A stretch of 64,000 nt of DNA from an uncultured Pseudobdellovibrionaceae bacterium (lineage in GTDB: Bacteria > Pseudomonadota > Alphaproteobacteria > Micavibrionales > Micavibrionaceae). Shown here one piece after another: positions 1 through 9,513 of the stretch. A program made the translations under genes and the position numbers. The stretch's first letter is position 1, and each line of letters opens with the position of its first letter. The notes under the pieces are model-generated. The model was not told the DNA's origin and did no database searches. It saw nothing but the letters and a program-made list of their open reading frames with translations. The stretch lies in assembly GCA_964348795.1 (NCBI GenBank), contig CAYGDY010000005.1, positions 12,027 through 76,026 on the forward strand, read 5' to 3'.

Positions 1-12
1 AAATTCCTCGGG

Positions 13-435
13 ATGAACCTGTATAAGATCGAACTGCAAAGTGCGGTGCTGGATGAATCCGATTTCCGCAATTGCGATATGGAGGGGGCCGATGTGCGCG
101 GGGCGAGTTTCAAGCGGGCCAATTTTTCGCAAGGGCGTTTGAAGGGGATCAACGGCGCACCGCTGATGTTCGGCAGTTCTGCGGGCGCAAAGCGCTTTAG
201 TCCGTGTGATTTTGAAGGGGCCAAGCTTCGCTATGCGGATCTGTCGGGGGCCCAGCTGAAAAGCGCGGTCTTCAAGGGCGCAGATCTGAGCTATGCGGAT
301 TTGTCCGGCGCGGACCTGCGTGATGCGGATTTTACGAACGCACGGCTGGAAGGGGCGAATATGGAGGGTGCTCAGACGGAAGGGGCTATCATGCCTGTAA
401 CCCGTACCCGTGTATTTAAAATACCAGTGGGGTGA
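13..435 (+). CDS. pentapeptide repeat protein (may extend 5' beyond the window; the frame is open to position 1)
   Basis: Tandem A(D/N)LxG-type pentapeptides, e.g. ADLSGAQLKSAVFKGADLSYADLSGADLRDADFTNARLEGANMEGA. Confidence 0.8.
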   Translation: MNLYKIELQSAVLDESDFRNCDMEGADVRGASFKRANFSQGRLKGINGAPLMFGSSAGAKRFSPCDFEGAKLRYADLSGAQLKSAVFKGADLSYADLSGADLRDADFTNARLEGANMEGAQTEGAIMPVTRTRVFKIPVG

Positions 436-445
436 ATGTTTTGTC

Positions 446-522
446 GTCATCGCGAGGCTACGTATGTAGCCGTGGCGATCCAGATAAAAGAACTGGATTG
501 CTTCGCATGCGCTCGCAATGAC
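446..522. repeat. MITE-like palindromic element, family A (GTCATCGCGAG...CTGGATTGC...CTCGCAATGAC)
   Basis: Termini gtcatcgcgag / ctcgcaatgac are inverted repeats. Inner gatccag-loop-ctggattgc hairpin. Same design recurs at 7592, 9371, 24878, 26899, 31914 and 51642. Confidence 0.85.
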
Positions 523-534
523 GGGCTTGAAGGT

Positions 535-1464
535 CTACGCCTTCCCCGTCCATTCCGGAACGGCTTGGAACAGGTCCGCGACAAGGCCGTAATCGGCAAC
601 CTGAAAGATCGGCGCGTCAGGGTCCTTGTTAATCGCCACGATGACTTTGGAGTCCTTCATGCCCGCCAGATGCTGGATCGCGCCGGAGATCCCGACTGCG
701 ATGTAAAGATCCGGCGCAACGACCTTACCCGTTTGCCCGACTTGGCAATCATTGGGTACAAACCCCGCATCCACGGCGGCACGAGAGGCCCCGACAGCGG
801 CTCCGAGCTTGTCGGCCAGCGCCTCGATGATTGAGAAATTCTCCTTCGAGCCTACGCCGCGCCCGCCGGAGACTACGATTTTGGCCGCCGTGAGTTCGGG
901 GCGTTCAGAGAGTGCGGCTTCTGTGGAAAGATAACGGGACAGGCCGCTCTCGCCCTTGTCTGCGATCGTTTCAATCGGCGCATTGCCGCCTGTGGCGGGG
1001 GCGGGGTCAAAGTTTGTACCCCGCACGGTGAGGCAGATGACGGGATCCGAGGATTGCACGGTGGCAATCGCATTGCCGGCATAGACAGGGCGTTCAAAAG
1101 TTCGAGCGTCAATCACTTTTGAAATATCGGAAATCTGCTGTACGTCCAGCAAGGCCGCCGCGCGAGGCAGGATATTTTTGCCATATGTGCCGGACGGCGT
1201 GAGGAGATGGGTATAGTGTTTCCCAAGCTCGGCTAGCAGGGGCGCGATATTTTCCGCCAGCCCGTGCGCCAGAGCAGGGGAATTTGCGTGCAGAACCTTT
1301 GTTACGGCGGGAATTTGGCTCGCTTGCGTGGCGACAGCGTGGGCGTTATGCCCCGCGACAAGGACGTGTATCTCCCCGCCAATGGCAAGGGCGGCCCCGA
1401 TAGTGTTCAGGGTCGAGGGCTTGAGGCCTGTGTTGTCATGTTCGGCGAGGATAAGGAGGGTCAT
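535..1464 (-). CDS. etfA: electron transfer flavoprotein subunit alpha
   Basis: 309 aa. N-terminus [11 protein letters not shown] and a C-terminal FAD-binding region ([37 protein letters not shown]) typical of EtfA. Directly downstream of etfB. Confidence 0.95.
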   Translation of the reverse strand: MTLLILAEHDNTGLKPSTLNTIGAALAIGGEIHVLVAGHNAHAVATQASQIPAVTKVLHANSPALAHGLAENIAPLLAELGKHYTHLLTPSGTYGKNILPRAAALLDVQQISDISKVIDARTFERPVYAGNAIATVQSSDPVICLTVRGTNFDPAPATGGNAPIETIADKGESGLSRYLSTEAALSERPELTAAKIVVSGGRGVGSKENFSIIEALADKLGAAVGASRAAVDAGFVPNDCQVGQTGKVVAPDLYIAVGISGAIQHLAGMKDSKVIVAINKDPDAPIFQVADYGLVADLFQAVPEWTGKA

Positions 1465-1523
1465 GCGTTTCTTCCTTGTATTATAATGTTTTTAAACCAC
1501 CAAGGCACAAAGTTTTCTCTGTT

Positions 1524-1630
1524 GTCATTCTGAGTGAAGCGAAGAATCCCGCAAACCATAGAAAGAGATCCTTTACTGCGTTCAGGATGACAGAAAAAAG
1601 ACTGGATTGCTTCGCTTTGCTCGCAATGAC
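1524..1630. repeat. Composite palindromic element: complete family C unit (1524-1591) plus family A right half (1602-1630)
   Basis: gtcattctgagtgaagcgaagaatcc...gatcctttactgcgttcaggatgac is followed by ctggattgcttcgctttgctcgcaatgac. Lies between etfB stop and etfA start. Confidence 0.8.
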
Positions 1631-1643
1631 GATTTTATTCATC

Positions 1644-2408
1644 CTAAATCACCTTCGCTTCGTGTTTGAGTTTATCGATGAGTTCGTCAATGGAGGACAC
1701 TTTCCCGCCGCCCTTGCGCACAGGGGGTTCCTTTACGGAGAGGAGCTTCAATCGCGGGGTGTAGTCCAATCCTAGCGCGGAAGGCTCCAGAATCTCAAGC
1801 GGCTTTGATTTGGCCTTCATAATATCGGGGAGCTTGGCATAGCGGGGCTCGTTCAGGCGCAAATCCGTGGTCACAATGGCCGGTAAATTGAGGGAGAGCG
1901 TTTCCAGCCCGCCATCGACCTCCCGCGTGACCGTGGCGGTGGTCCCTTCAACGACAAGTTTCGAGGCAAACGTCCCTTGCGCCCAGCCGAGCAAGGCGGA
2001 GAGCATTTGTCCCGTCTGGTTGGAATCATCGTCGATGGATTGCTTGCCCATCAGGATCAGGTCCGGCTTTTCGCGCTCTGCGATGATTTTGAGGGTCTTG
2101 GCGACCATGAGCGGCTCCACCCCGCCCAGATCAATCGGCAGGTCTGTTTTGATTAAGACCCCGCGATCGGCCCCCAGTGCCATGGCGGTGCGGAGCTGTT
2201 CCTGCGCCCTTTCAGGGCCGATGGTGACCACGATGATTTCCGTGGCCTTGCCGGATTCCTTCAGGCGCACGGCTTCCTCCACCGCGATTTCATCGAACGG
2301 ATTGATCGACATTTTGACGTTGGACAGATCCACGCCCGTTTGATCGGCTTTGACGCGGAGTTTCACGTTATAATCAAGGGCGCGCTTGAGGGGGACAAGG
2401 ATTTTCAT
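1644..2408 (-). CDS. etfB: electron transfer flavoprotein subunit beta
   Basis: The ORF-track frame extends to 2474. Start chosen at [19 protein letters not shown] (ATG 2408), the canonical EtfB N-terminus. 254 aa. Confidence 0.93.
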   Translation of the reverse strand: MKILVPLKRALDYNVKLRVKADQTGVDLSNVKMSINPFDEIAVEEAVRLKESGKATEIIVVTIGPERAQEQLRTAMALGADRGVLIKTDLPIDLGGVEPLMVAKTLKIIAEREKPDLILMGKQSIDDDSNQTGQMLSALLGWAQGTFASKLVVEGTTATVTREVDGGLETLSLNLPAIVTTDLRLNEPRYAKLPDIMKAKSKPLEILEPSALGLDYTPRLKLLSVKEPPVRKGGGKVSSIDELIDKLKHEAKVI

Positions 2409-2661
2409 GGGATTTTCTAAGGGCTGTTGTTTGACACTGGAATCGTTTTTAGCACAGAGTTTGAAGAAAAACAAACGCTCCCCCTGTGTCTCACATGAGA
2501 AAGCGCTCTACGAAAACATTTCCTGCAATATTACCATGTCCATTCTTCATCATCAAAGGTGTTTGGTGTTATGTCTGTAAGGGATTCGGCCGGTGTCTTC
2601 TCAGCCACCGCAAATGCCTTTTCCCAGTTCTGGCGTGGCTTTGGTGTGGATGAGGGCATGT

Positions 2662-2865
2662 TTAATGCCCCGAAGACAGGTACGCCAAGGCAAACAGCGC
2701 AAAGGCAAGCCCCTGGAGGATCACGCGGGCGCGCATCAGTGTATTGCCGTATTTTTTGTTGAATTCCCCGCCCTTCATCATGGCGTATACGCCAAGCCCC
2801 AGCACGCCCAAAACGGCGATCATGGCAAGGAGGGTGAGGATCATCATGGTTTGGGTCATCATCAT
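2662..2865 (-). CDS. twin transmembrane helix small protein (HIG1-domain like)
   Basis: 67 aa with two hydrophobic helices separated by MKGGEFNKKYGNTLMRARV. Resembles the alphaproteobacterial HIG_1_N family. Confidence 0.65.
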   Translation of the reverse strand: MMMTQTMMILTLLAMIAVLGVLGLGVYAMMKGGEFNKKYGNTLMRARVILQGLAFALFALAYLSSGH

Positions 2866-2909
2866 AAAGGGAGAGAGGGTTTGCTGTTACAGGTGTCTCC
2901 CTTTAAACA

Positions 2910-3143
2910 TCATACAGCCAGAATTTGCAAGACAGCATCCTGTTTTGGTACTTCTTTCCGAGAGACGCCTATTGTGAGGACCGCATCTTCTGCCGTGATC
3001 GGTGGAAGGCCTGCGGCTTCAAATTGCGCACTGTAGGTGCTTTCAAGGGCGCGCAGTTCCTGCGCGATGACGTCAGGCGCATCGTCTTTTTTGAAAATGA
3101 TTTCGCTGTTTTTAAAAAATTCCTGATTCAGACTCTGGCTCAT
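2910..3143 (-). CDS. hypothetical small protein
   Basis: 77-aa ORF that does not overlap a better gene. No motif recognised. Confidence 0.35.
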   Translation of the reverse strand: MSQSLNQEFFKNSEIIFKKDDAPDVIAQELRALESTYSAQFEAAGLPPITAEDAVLTIGVSRKEVPKQDAVLQILAV

Positions 3144-3242
3144 GTGAAGGGGCTCCCTGTTATTTTTGATAGTAATAGGGTATTATAGTGTATAAAAAAT
3201 GTCAAGATAATATTTTATGAAAATAAAATATTATCCCCTCCT

Positions 3243-3316
3243 GTCATTGCGAGCCATAGCGAAGCAATCTAGTTTTTTCTGGACTGCCACGGCTCCTTAC
3301 GGTGTCTCGCGATGAG
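3243..3316. repeat. MITE-like palindromic element, family A (degenerate right end)
   Basis: gtcattgcgagccatagcgaagcaatctag...ctggactgcc...ctcgcgatgag. Confidence 0.7.
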
Positions 3317-3333
3317 GAGAAGGGAGGATTGCT

Positions 3334-4044
3334 TTATGCTCTCTGGTTTTTTGCACTTAAAAAATAATTCACGGCGATATCGCGTTTGGAAAGGGTGAAA
3401 TCCCCTGTGCAGGGATTGAACATCAGTCCCGTGATATCAATAGGGGACAGGGCGCTGGTTCTGCACATACGGGAGAGCTCGGCAGGGGTAATGAATTTTT
3501 TCCAGCTATGTGTTCTACGCGGCACCCAGCGCAGGATATATTCCGCCGCAACAATCCCCAGTGCAAAGGATTTGGGCGTGCGGTTGAGAGTCGAGAAAAT
3601 CGCAAGGCCGTTCGGATTCAAGCGGTTTGCAATGGCCTGTACGAACGTGCGGATATCCGCGACATGTTCGACAATTTCCAGAGCCAGAACAATATCGTAG
3701 GTTTCTGTCAGGTCCTCGACTGCGCCGTGGATATAGGGGATGGACAGACCGGACTCTGCCGCATGGGATTGGGCCGTTTCAATGGCCACGGGATCGGCAT
3801 CGATTCCGGTGATGTGCGCGCCTAGTCGCGTCAAAGGCTCGCACACCAAGCCGCCGCCGCATCCGACATCAAGGATTTTCAATCCCTCCAGCGTAGCAAA
3901 ATGCTTCAGGATTTGAGCCTTGATATAGCCGATCCGCACCGGATTGAGGCGGTGCAGGGGTTTGAAAGGACCGTTTTCGTCCCACCACTGCGCAGAGTCT
4001 TTGGAAAAATGTTGAATTTCTTTTAGATCGACAGTATGTATCAT
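3334..4044 (-). CDS. ubiG: ubiquinone biosynthesis O-methyltransferase
   Basis: Start taken at MIHTVDLKEIQHFSKDSAQWWDENGPFKPLHRLNPVR (ATG 4044). SAM motif ILDVGCGGGLVCEPL. 236 aa. The longer ORF (to 4200) would overlap lysC. Confidence 0.9.
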   Translation of the reverse strand: MIHTVDLKEIQHFSKDSAQWWDENGPFKPLHRLNPVRIGYIKAQILKHFATLEGLKILDVGCGGGLVCEPLTRLGAHITGIDADPVAIETAQSHAAESGLSIPYIHGAVEDLTETYDIVLALEIVEHVADIRTFVQAIANRLNPNGLAIFSTLNRTPKSFALGIVAAEYILRWVPRRTHSWKKFITPAELSRMCRTSALSPIDITGLMFNPCTGDFTLSKRDIAVNYFLSAKNQRA

Positions 4045-4096
4045 GCTTTGGATGTTACAGGCTCTTTTGGGATGAAGTCGAGGGATTTTTAAGACC

Positions 4097-5329
4097 GTGT
4101 CTTTGATTGTCATGAAATTTGGCGGAACCTCCGTCGCGGATGTGGCCCGTATTGAAAACGCCGCAAACAAGGTGATCCGTGAGGTGCAGGGGGGGCACAA
4201 GGTTGTGGTTGTTGTGTCGGCGATGTCCGGTGTGACGAACCAGCTTGTGGGCTATTGCGAGGCGATTAACAATATTTACGACTTGCGCGAATATGACACG
4301 GTGGTGTCAAGCGGAGAGCAGGTGACGGCGGGTCTGATGGCACTGGCCCTGCAAAAGCGGGGTGTCACGGCGCGCTCGTGGCTGGGCTGGCAGATCCCGT
4401 TCAGAACGGACAATACGCACGGCAAGGCCCGTATTTTGGGTATTGAAACGGATGAACTGCATAAGCGCCTGAACGAAGGGGAGGTTGCGGTTGTGCCTGG
4501 CTTTCAAGGGGTCACGGCCCGTAACCGGATTTCCACGCTGGGGCGGGGCGGATCTGATACCTCTGCTGTGGCTCTGGCGGCCGCGCTCAAGGCAGATCGG
4601 TGCGATATCTATACCGATGTGGACGGGGTTTACACGACAGACCCCCGCATTGTGCCACAGGCCAAGAAACTGAAAAAAATCTCCTATGAGGAAATGATGG
4701 AAATGGCCTCTTTAGGGGCCAAGGTGCTTCAGACCCGTTCGGTGGAAATTTCCATGAAGCACGGCGTAGCGCTACAGGTTTTGTCGAGCTTTGACGAGGC
4801 GGTCGGGAGTGATCTGCCTGGAACATTGGTTGTAAGAGAGGAAGATATTATGGAACAGGAAGTTGTGAGCGGTATTGCCTATAGCAAGGACGAAGCGAAA
4901 ATTACCCTTTTGCGCGTGAAAGACCAGCCAGGCGTCGCGGCCCAGCTGTTTCAGCCCCTTGCCGAAGAATCCATCAATGTGGATATGATCGTCCAGAACA
5001 TTGCCGCAGACGGCAAGACAACGGACATGACGTTCACCGTCACCAAAACCGATTTGCCGCGCGCGCTGGAAACGCTGAGAAAAGCCAACATCGCGTGTGA
5101 TGAAATCCGCCATGATTCCAATGTGGCCAAGGTTTCTGTCGTTGGGATCGGCATGAAGAGCCATTCGGGCGTGGCCAACAAAATGTTTTCCGCACTGGCG
5201 GAAAAGGGGATCAATATTCAGGTGATTTCCACATCGGAAATCAAGATCAGTGTCCTGATCGAACTGGCTTATGTGGAGCTCGCCGTGCGGGCGCTTCATA
5301 CGGCGTATGGGCTGGATGTGGCGGGGTAG
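4097..5329 (+). CDS. lysC: aspartate kinase
   Basis: 410 aa. MKFGGTSV kinase N-terminus and two C-terminal ACT-like regions. GTG start at 4097 (alternative ATG at 4112). Confidence 0.95.
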   Translation: MSLIVMKFGGTSVADVARIENAANKVIREVQGGHKVVVVVSAMSGVTNQLVGYCEAINNIYDLREYDTVVSSGEQVTAGLMALALQKRGVTARSWLGWQIPFRTDNTHGKARILGIETDELHKRLNEGEVAVVPGFQGVTARNRISTLGRGGSDTSAVALAAALKADRCDIYTDVDGVYTTDPRIVPQAKKLKKISYEEMMEMASLGAKVLQTRSVEISMKHGVALQVLSSFDEAVGSDLPGTLVVREEDIMEQEVVSGIAYSKDEAKITLLRVKDQPGVAAQLFQPLAEESINVDMIVQNIAADGKTTDMTFTVTKTDLPRALETLRKANIACDEIRHDSNVAKVSVVGIGMKSHSGVANKMFSALAEKGINIQVISTSEIKISVLIELAYVELAVRALHTAYGLDVAG

Positions 5330-5398
5330 TGTTTTTTTGAAACAAAAAAAACACTAAGAGTTCTGGAATATCACGCGGGAATAGGATAGTCTTCTGCC

Positions 5399-6337
5399 AT
5401 GGCTGATGCTGTACGAAAGTCCGAAGCGGTGAGTGACACGAAACGCAATTCAACCGATATACCGGTCGGAGAGATCCTGCGCCGCGCCCGCGTGCATTAT
5501 AATCAGTCCCTGTATGATATCGAGCGCGCCTTGCGGATCAGGGCCGATCAGCTGGATGCGATCGAGCGGGGCGATCTGGAAAAACTACCGGGCCGCTTTT
5601 ATGCGATGGGGTTTGTGCGGACCTATTCCGAGTATCTGGGGCTGGATGGGGACAAGATGATCCATTTGTTCAAAGTCCAGAGCGCCGGAAAAATCTTTCC
5701 GCAGGAAACGAATGTTGCTGTGATCCCTTCGGAAAACAAGATGCCGCGTCTGTGGCTTGTCGGAGGGACGCTCCTGCTGGCCTGTGTTGTGGCAGGGCTT
5801 GTCGCGTTTTCCCAGATGTCCGGCAGAGCGGTGGTCGAGACCGTGCCGCCTGTGCCCTCCCGTATGAAGGACGTTGCAACGGTGCTCCCTGAAGTCGCCC
5901 CGCCCGCGCCTGCTGTGACGCCGCCTTCCGAGGCCTCATTGCAATCCGCACAGCCCGCAGGGCCCGTACAGGTGGCGCCTGCCGCAGGTCCGGCGGAGAA
6001 GACGGCAGAGCCCCTGCCCGATACGGTCGCGGAAGCCCCGAAAAAAGGCATTATCCTCAATATTCTGGAGAATAGCTGGGTCGAAATTCGGGACCAGACC
6101 GGAAAGGTCGTGCTCTCGCGGGTCCTGCAGGCGGGGGATCAGTATTTTGTACCGGACCGGCCTGACCTGTTTATTTCCATCGGCAATGCCGGCGGGGTGC
6201 AGGTCGAGGTGGACGGGGCCCCGTTGAAACCGCTGGGGGCCGTCGGGGATGTTCGCCGGAACTTGCGGCTGGATGCGCAAAGCCTGAAGCGGGATTTTGC
6301 CCTGCCGCAACAAAAACCTGTTGAAACACAGTATTGA
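5399..6337 (+). CDS. RodZ-like helix-turn-helix membrane protein (DUF4115 C-terminus)
   Basis: N-terminal HTH (GEILRRARVHYNQSLYDIERALRIRADQLDAIE), one TM helix, a Pro/Ala-rich linker, and a C-terminal beta domain (ENSWVEIRD...GNAGGVQVEVDG). Confidence 0.75.
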   Translation: MADAVRKSEAVSDTKRNSTDIPVGEILRRARVHYNQSLYDIERALRIRADQLDAIERGDLEKLPGRFYAMGFVRTYSEYLGLDGDKMIHLFKVQSAGKIFPQETNVAVIPSENKMPRLWLVGGTLLLACVVAGLVAFSQMSGRAVVETVPPVPSRMKDVATVLPEVAPPAPAVTPPSEASLQSAQPAGPVQVAPAAGPAEKTAEPLPDTVAEAPKKGIILNILENSWVEIRDQTGKVVLSRVLQAGDQYFVPDRPDLFISIGNAGGVQVEVDGAPLKPLGAVGDVRRNLRLDAQSLKRDFALPQQKPVETQY

Positions 6338-6365
6338 ATCATGTGTATAACGTGTTGCCTTCTTT

Positions 6366-6452
6366 GTCATGCCTGCGAAAACAGGGCTCGTTCTTGTCTG
6401 AGTGGGCTCAGATCTCTGCTTTCGCAGAGATGAGAGGGAGGGCGCAGATGAC
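6366..6452. repeat. MITE-like palindromic element, family E (GTCAT...ATGAC termini, unique interior)
   Basis: gtcatgcctgcgaaaacagggc ... ctgagtgggctcag atctctgctttcgcagagat ... gcgcagatgac. Two internal perfect hairpins. Confidence 0.6.
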
Positions 6453-6507
6453 GCTGGTGCATATTGTGATCTGGTGCATATTGTAATAACGAACAAGAAG
6501 AAAAAAC

Positions 6508-7572
6508 ATGTCCTTCCAAGCCAAGCTCGCGACTATCAAGGCCCGCCACGAGGAGCTCTCGGTGCTGATGTCGGCCTCGGGGATCAGTGGCGAAGCCTTT
6601 ACGAAAATGTCACGGGAATATGCCGAGCTCACGCCTGTGGTCGAGGCGATTATGGATCTGGAAAAATCACGGACAGAGCGGGCGGGCCTGAAAGAACTCC
6701 TGCAGGACCCCGATATGAAGGTGATGGCGGAAGAGGAATTTTACGCGCTTGAAGCGCGTATTCCGGTGCTGGAGCAGGCCTTGCGTATGGCGTTGATCCC
6801 CAAGGATGTCGATGATACGAAAAATGCTATCCTTGAAATTCGCGCCGGTACAGGCGGGGACGAGGCGGGCCTGTTCGCCGGAGATTTGTTTGTCATGTAC
6901 AAGGGCTATGCGGCCCTGCAGGGCTGGAAACTGGAGGTGCTGGAGGCCTCTGAAAGTGAAATGGGGGGGTATAAGGAAATCATTTCTTCGGTCACGGGCC
7001 GCAATGTGTTTTCCAAATTGAAATATGAATCGGGGACGCACCGCGTGCAACGGGTGCCCAAAACGGAATCCTCGGGCCGGATTCACACGTCTGCGGCTAC
7101 GGTGGCCGTTTTGCCAGAGGCGGAAGAGGTAGATGTCAATATCGAGGAAAAAGATTTGCGGATTGATACGTATCGGTCGCAAGGGGCGGGGGGTCAGCAT
7201 GTGAACACGACAGACAGCGCGGTGCGCATTACGCACATCCCCACCGGCGTGGTGGTGGAAATGCAGGAAGAGCGTTCCCAGCACAAGAACAAGGCCAAGG
7301 CGATGAAAATGCTGGCCACGCGGATTTACGACCAGCAACGCGCAAAACTCCATGCCGAGCGGGCGCAGGACCGGAAATCGCAGGTGGGATCGGGGGACCG
7401 GTCCGAACGCATCCGCACGTATAACTTCCCGCAGGGCCGCGTCACGGAACACCGCGTGAATTTGACGCTCTACAAGCTGGACGAGGTGCTGGGCGGGTCT
7501 GCGCTGGACGAGATTATTACCGCCCTGATCGCCGAAGATCATGCCGGTGCACTGGCGGCGATGGAGGGGTAG
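6508..7572 (+). CDS. prfA: peptide chain release factor 1
   Basis: 354 aa. [20 protein letters not shown] (GGQ motif) and RF1-type domain order. Confidence 0.97.
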   Translation: MSFQAKLATIKARHEELSVLMSASGISGEAFTKMSREYAELTPVVEAIMDLEKSRTERAGLKELLQDPDMKVMAEEEFYALEARIPVLEQALRMALIPKDVDDTKNAILEIRAGTGGDEAGLFAGDLFVMYKGYAALQGWKLEVLEASESEMGGYKEIISSVTGRNVFSKLKYESGTHRVQRVPKTESSGRIHTSAATVAVLPEAEEVDVNIEEKDLRIDTYRSQGAGGQHVNTTDSAVRITHIPTGVVVEMQEERSQHKNKAKAMKMLATRIYDQQRAKLHAERAQDRKSQVGSGDRSERIRTYNFPQGRVTEHRVNLTLYKLDEVLGGSALDEIITALIAEDHAGALAAMEG

Positions 7573-7591
7573 TCGTACAAATGCGGGATTC

Positions 7592-7680
7592 GTCATTGCG
7601 AGGAAGCCTTAAGGGCTGACGAAGCAATCCAGATAATAAAACTGGATCGCCACAGCCTCTGAAGGAGGCCTCGCGATGAC
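7592..7680. repeat. MITE-like palindromic element, family A
   Basis: gtcattgcgaggaagcc...ctgacgaagcaatccag-loop-ctggatcgcc...cctcgcgatgac. Sits between prfA and prmC. Confidence 0.85.
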
Positions 7681-7741
7681 GGTGCCAAAGTGCAGGGTTT
7701 GTCATTCAAGCACCCCATAACACCTTGAAACTGGAAACGCC

Positions 7742-8584
7742 ATGAGACTCTCCGCCCTGATCCGCGCCCTTGAAGCAGATGTCGCCCCCCAAGAGGCCCG
7801 CTATATCATCAAACAGCGTACGGGACTGGGCTGGGGGGCGTGTATTGCCCGCCCCGAAACGATTCTGCCTGAAACCGTTCTGGCGCAGATTGCAGACGAT
7901 CTGCGGGCGCTGAAAGGCGGCATGCCGCTGTCGCGACTGTATGGTGTACGGGCGTTTTGGGGGCGGGATTTCAGGCTCTCCCCCGAAACACTGGACCCCA
8001 GAATCGATACGGAAACGCTTGTGTCGCGGGTGCTTGCGTCTTTCAAGGATCAAAACGCGCCTCTGAAGGTTTTGGATCTGGGGACGGGATCAGGGTGTCT
8101 CTTGTTGACCCTGCTGTGTGAATTTCCGCAGGCGGTTGGTGTGGGAATCGATCTCTCGGAAGGGGCTTTGCGCACGGCACGGGAGAATGCAAAGGCGCTG
8201 GGCGTGACGGAACGGGCGGGGTTTGTCTGCGGAGATTGGGCCGAATCCGTGCAGGCGCCGTTTGATCTGGTAGTCTCCAATCCGCCCTATATTGTGCGGT
8301 CCGTGATTCCCTCGCTGGCGGACTCTGTGCGAAATTATGATCCGATTCTGGCGCTGGACGGAGGCGAAGACGGGCTGGCGGCGTATGAAATTCTTTTTGC
8401 ACAGCTTCCCCGTCTCCTGAAAAAACATGGGCGGGCGTTTTTTGAAATCGGAGCCGATCAAGGAAAAACTGTGCCACGACTCAGCGCAGACTCTGGCGTT
8501 TTTGATTCCGCGCTGTGCCTTGATTCCGCAGGCCTTCCCCGTGTCGTCGAAATCTTTTTTACTCAGCAGAATGGGGATAAGTAA
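7742..8584 (+). CDS. prmC: release factor glutamine N5-methyltransferase
   Basis: 280 aa. LDLGTGSGC SAM motif and VVSNPPYI catalytic motif. Follows prfA. Confidence 0.9.
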   Translation: MRLSALIRALEADVAPQEARYIIKQRTGLGWGACIARPETILPETVLAQIADDLRALKGGMPLSRLYGVRAFWGRDFRLSPETLDPRIDTETLVSRVLASFKDQNAPLKVLDLGTGSGCLLLTLLCEFPQAVGVGIDLSEGALRTARENAKALGVTERAGFVCGDWAESVQAPFDLVVSNPPYIVRSVIPSLADSVRNYDPILALDGGEDGLAAYEILFAQLPRLLKKHGRAFFEIGADQGKTVPRLSADSGVFDSALCLDSAGLPRVVEIFFTQQNGDK

Positions 8585-8797
8585 TTTTTTTTTTGTTTGG
8601 CTCTTGATCAGAATCGGAGGCGGCAGGTAGGGTGATTTTCATCAACACACAGTCCCGCTAGATGCGGTTGTGGTTTGAGAGCAAGAACCCAAGATATTGT
8701 GCTTTTGAGCCCTTTGGGGCTAGTCACACGTACTGTAATACTGTATGGTGTACGTGTATGTGTGATTCAAAACACGAACAATGAATGGAACGAACAG

Positions 8798-9238
8798 ATG
8801 AGACACGGCACATCAGGCAGACGGCAACGCAACAGGGGAAGCAATAATGGCGGTGGAGGCCAGCGCCGGAGCGCGGGACACAACCGTACGCAGGTGTTCG
8901 ACAGCAACGGGCCGGATGTCCGTATCAGAGGTACGGCCTTTCAGGTTCATGAAAAATATTTGATTCTGGCAAAAGATGCGGCGGCGAGTGGTGACCGGAT
9001 TGTGGCTGAAAGCTACCTGCAACATGCCGAGCATTATCAGAGAATTATCAACGCCTTTGATGAAGGCGTACAGCCCATGAATGCGCCGGACTCTTCCCCT
9101 GTTTCTTTGGAGGACGCGGTGGACCCTGTTGTTGAGTCTGTAATGGATTTATCTTTGCCAACCAGTATCTTGGGAATGAATGCTCAACCAAAAATGCAAG
9201 CACAGTCTGCCCGTACGTCTGAAGGGGTGATGGGGTAG
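8798..9238 (+). CDS. DUF4167 domain protein
   Basis: Start taken at MRHGTSGRRQRNRG (ATG 8798). Arg/Gly-rich N-terminus followed by QVHEKYLILAKDAAASGDRIVAESYLQHAEHYQRI, characteristic of DUF4167. Confidence 0.7.
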   Translation: MRHGTSGRRQRNRGSNNGGGGQRRSAGHNRTQVFDSNGPDVRIRGTAFQVHEKYLILAKDAAASGDRIVAESYLQHAEHYQRIINAFDEGVQPMNAPDSSPVSLEDAVDPVVESVMDLSLPTSILGMNAQPKMQAQSARTSEGVMG

Positions 9239-9276
9239 GGGCTCTCTTCTCTTGTTTGTGGGGCCTTCCGTAGATG

Positions 9277-9309
9277 TAAAAAACCGCTTTTTTAAAAGGC
9301 GGTTTTTTT
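9277..9309. terminator. bidirectional rho-independent terminator candidate
   Basis: aaaaaaccgc tttttt aaaaggcggttttttt: GC stem flanked by an A-run and a T-run, downstream of the DUF4167 gene. Confidence 0.55.
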
Positions 9310-9370
9310 GACTTTTGTCATTGAAAGCCGTTTGCGGGGTTATATATAGTCGTTTAAGACAGTTCACTTC

Positions 9371-9447
9371 GTCATCGCGAGGCCCTGCAAAGGGCCGTGG
9401 CTTTAAAAACTGGATTGCCGCGCTCCCTTGTGGTCGCTCGCAATGAC
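9371..9447. repeat. MITE-like palindromic element, family A
   Basis: gtcatcgcgaggccctgcaaagggccgtgg...ctggattgccgcgc...gctcgcaatgac. Confidence 0.85.
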
Positions 9448-9456
9448 GGAGTCTTA

Positions 9457-9485
9457 TTTGAAATAACTACATATATCCCTTATAT
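9457..9485 (+). promoter_or_regulatory. sigma-32 (RpoH)-like promoter candidate for clpB
   Basis: TTTGAAA (9457-9463), a 13-nt gap, then CCCTTATAT. The -10 part CTTATAT (9479-9485) fits the alphaproteobacterial RpoH -10 CYTATNT. It lies about 30 nt upstream of the clpB ATG. Confidence 0.4.
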
Positions 9486-9513
9486 GCCGTATTGTTGTTG
9501 AGAGAGGCCCCTG

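Noticed and set aside
436-834. 132-aa plus-strand ORF starting inside the family A repeat at 446-522
   Set aside because: It begins in the palindromic element and then runs antisense to etfA. It is spurious. Several other track ORFs (1476..1775, 24318..24959, 26512..26931) are likewise seeded by repeats.
8585-8797. Long (about 210 nt) leader upstream of the DUF4167 gene with an 8-bp hairpin (acacgtac...gtacgtgt, 8726-8757), considered as a riboswitch or sRNA
   Set aside because: No resemblance to a riboswitch class I can recognise, and a single short hairpin is insufficient evidence. Left unannotated.
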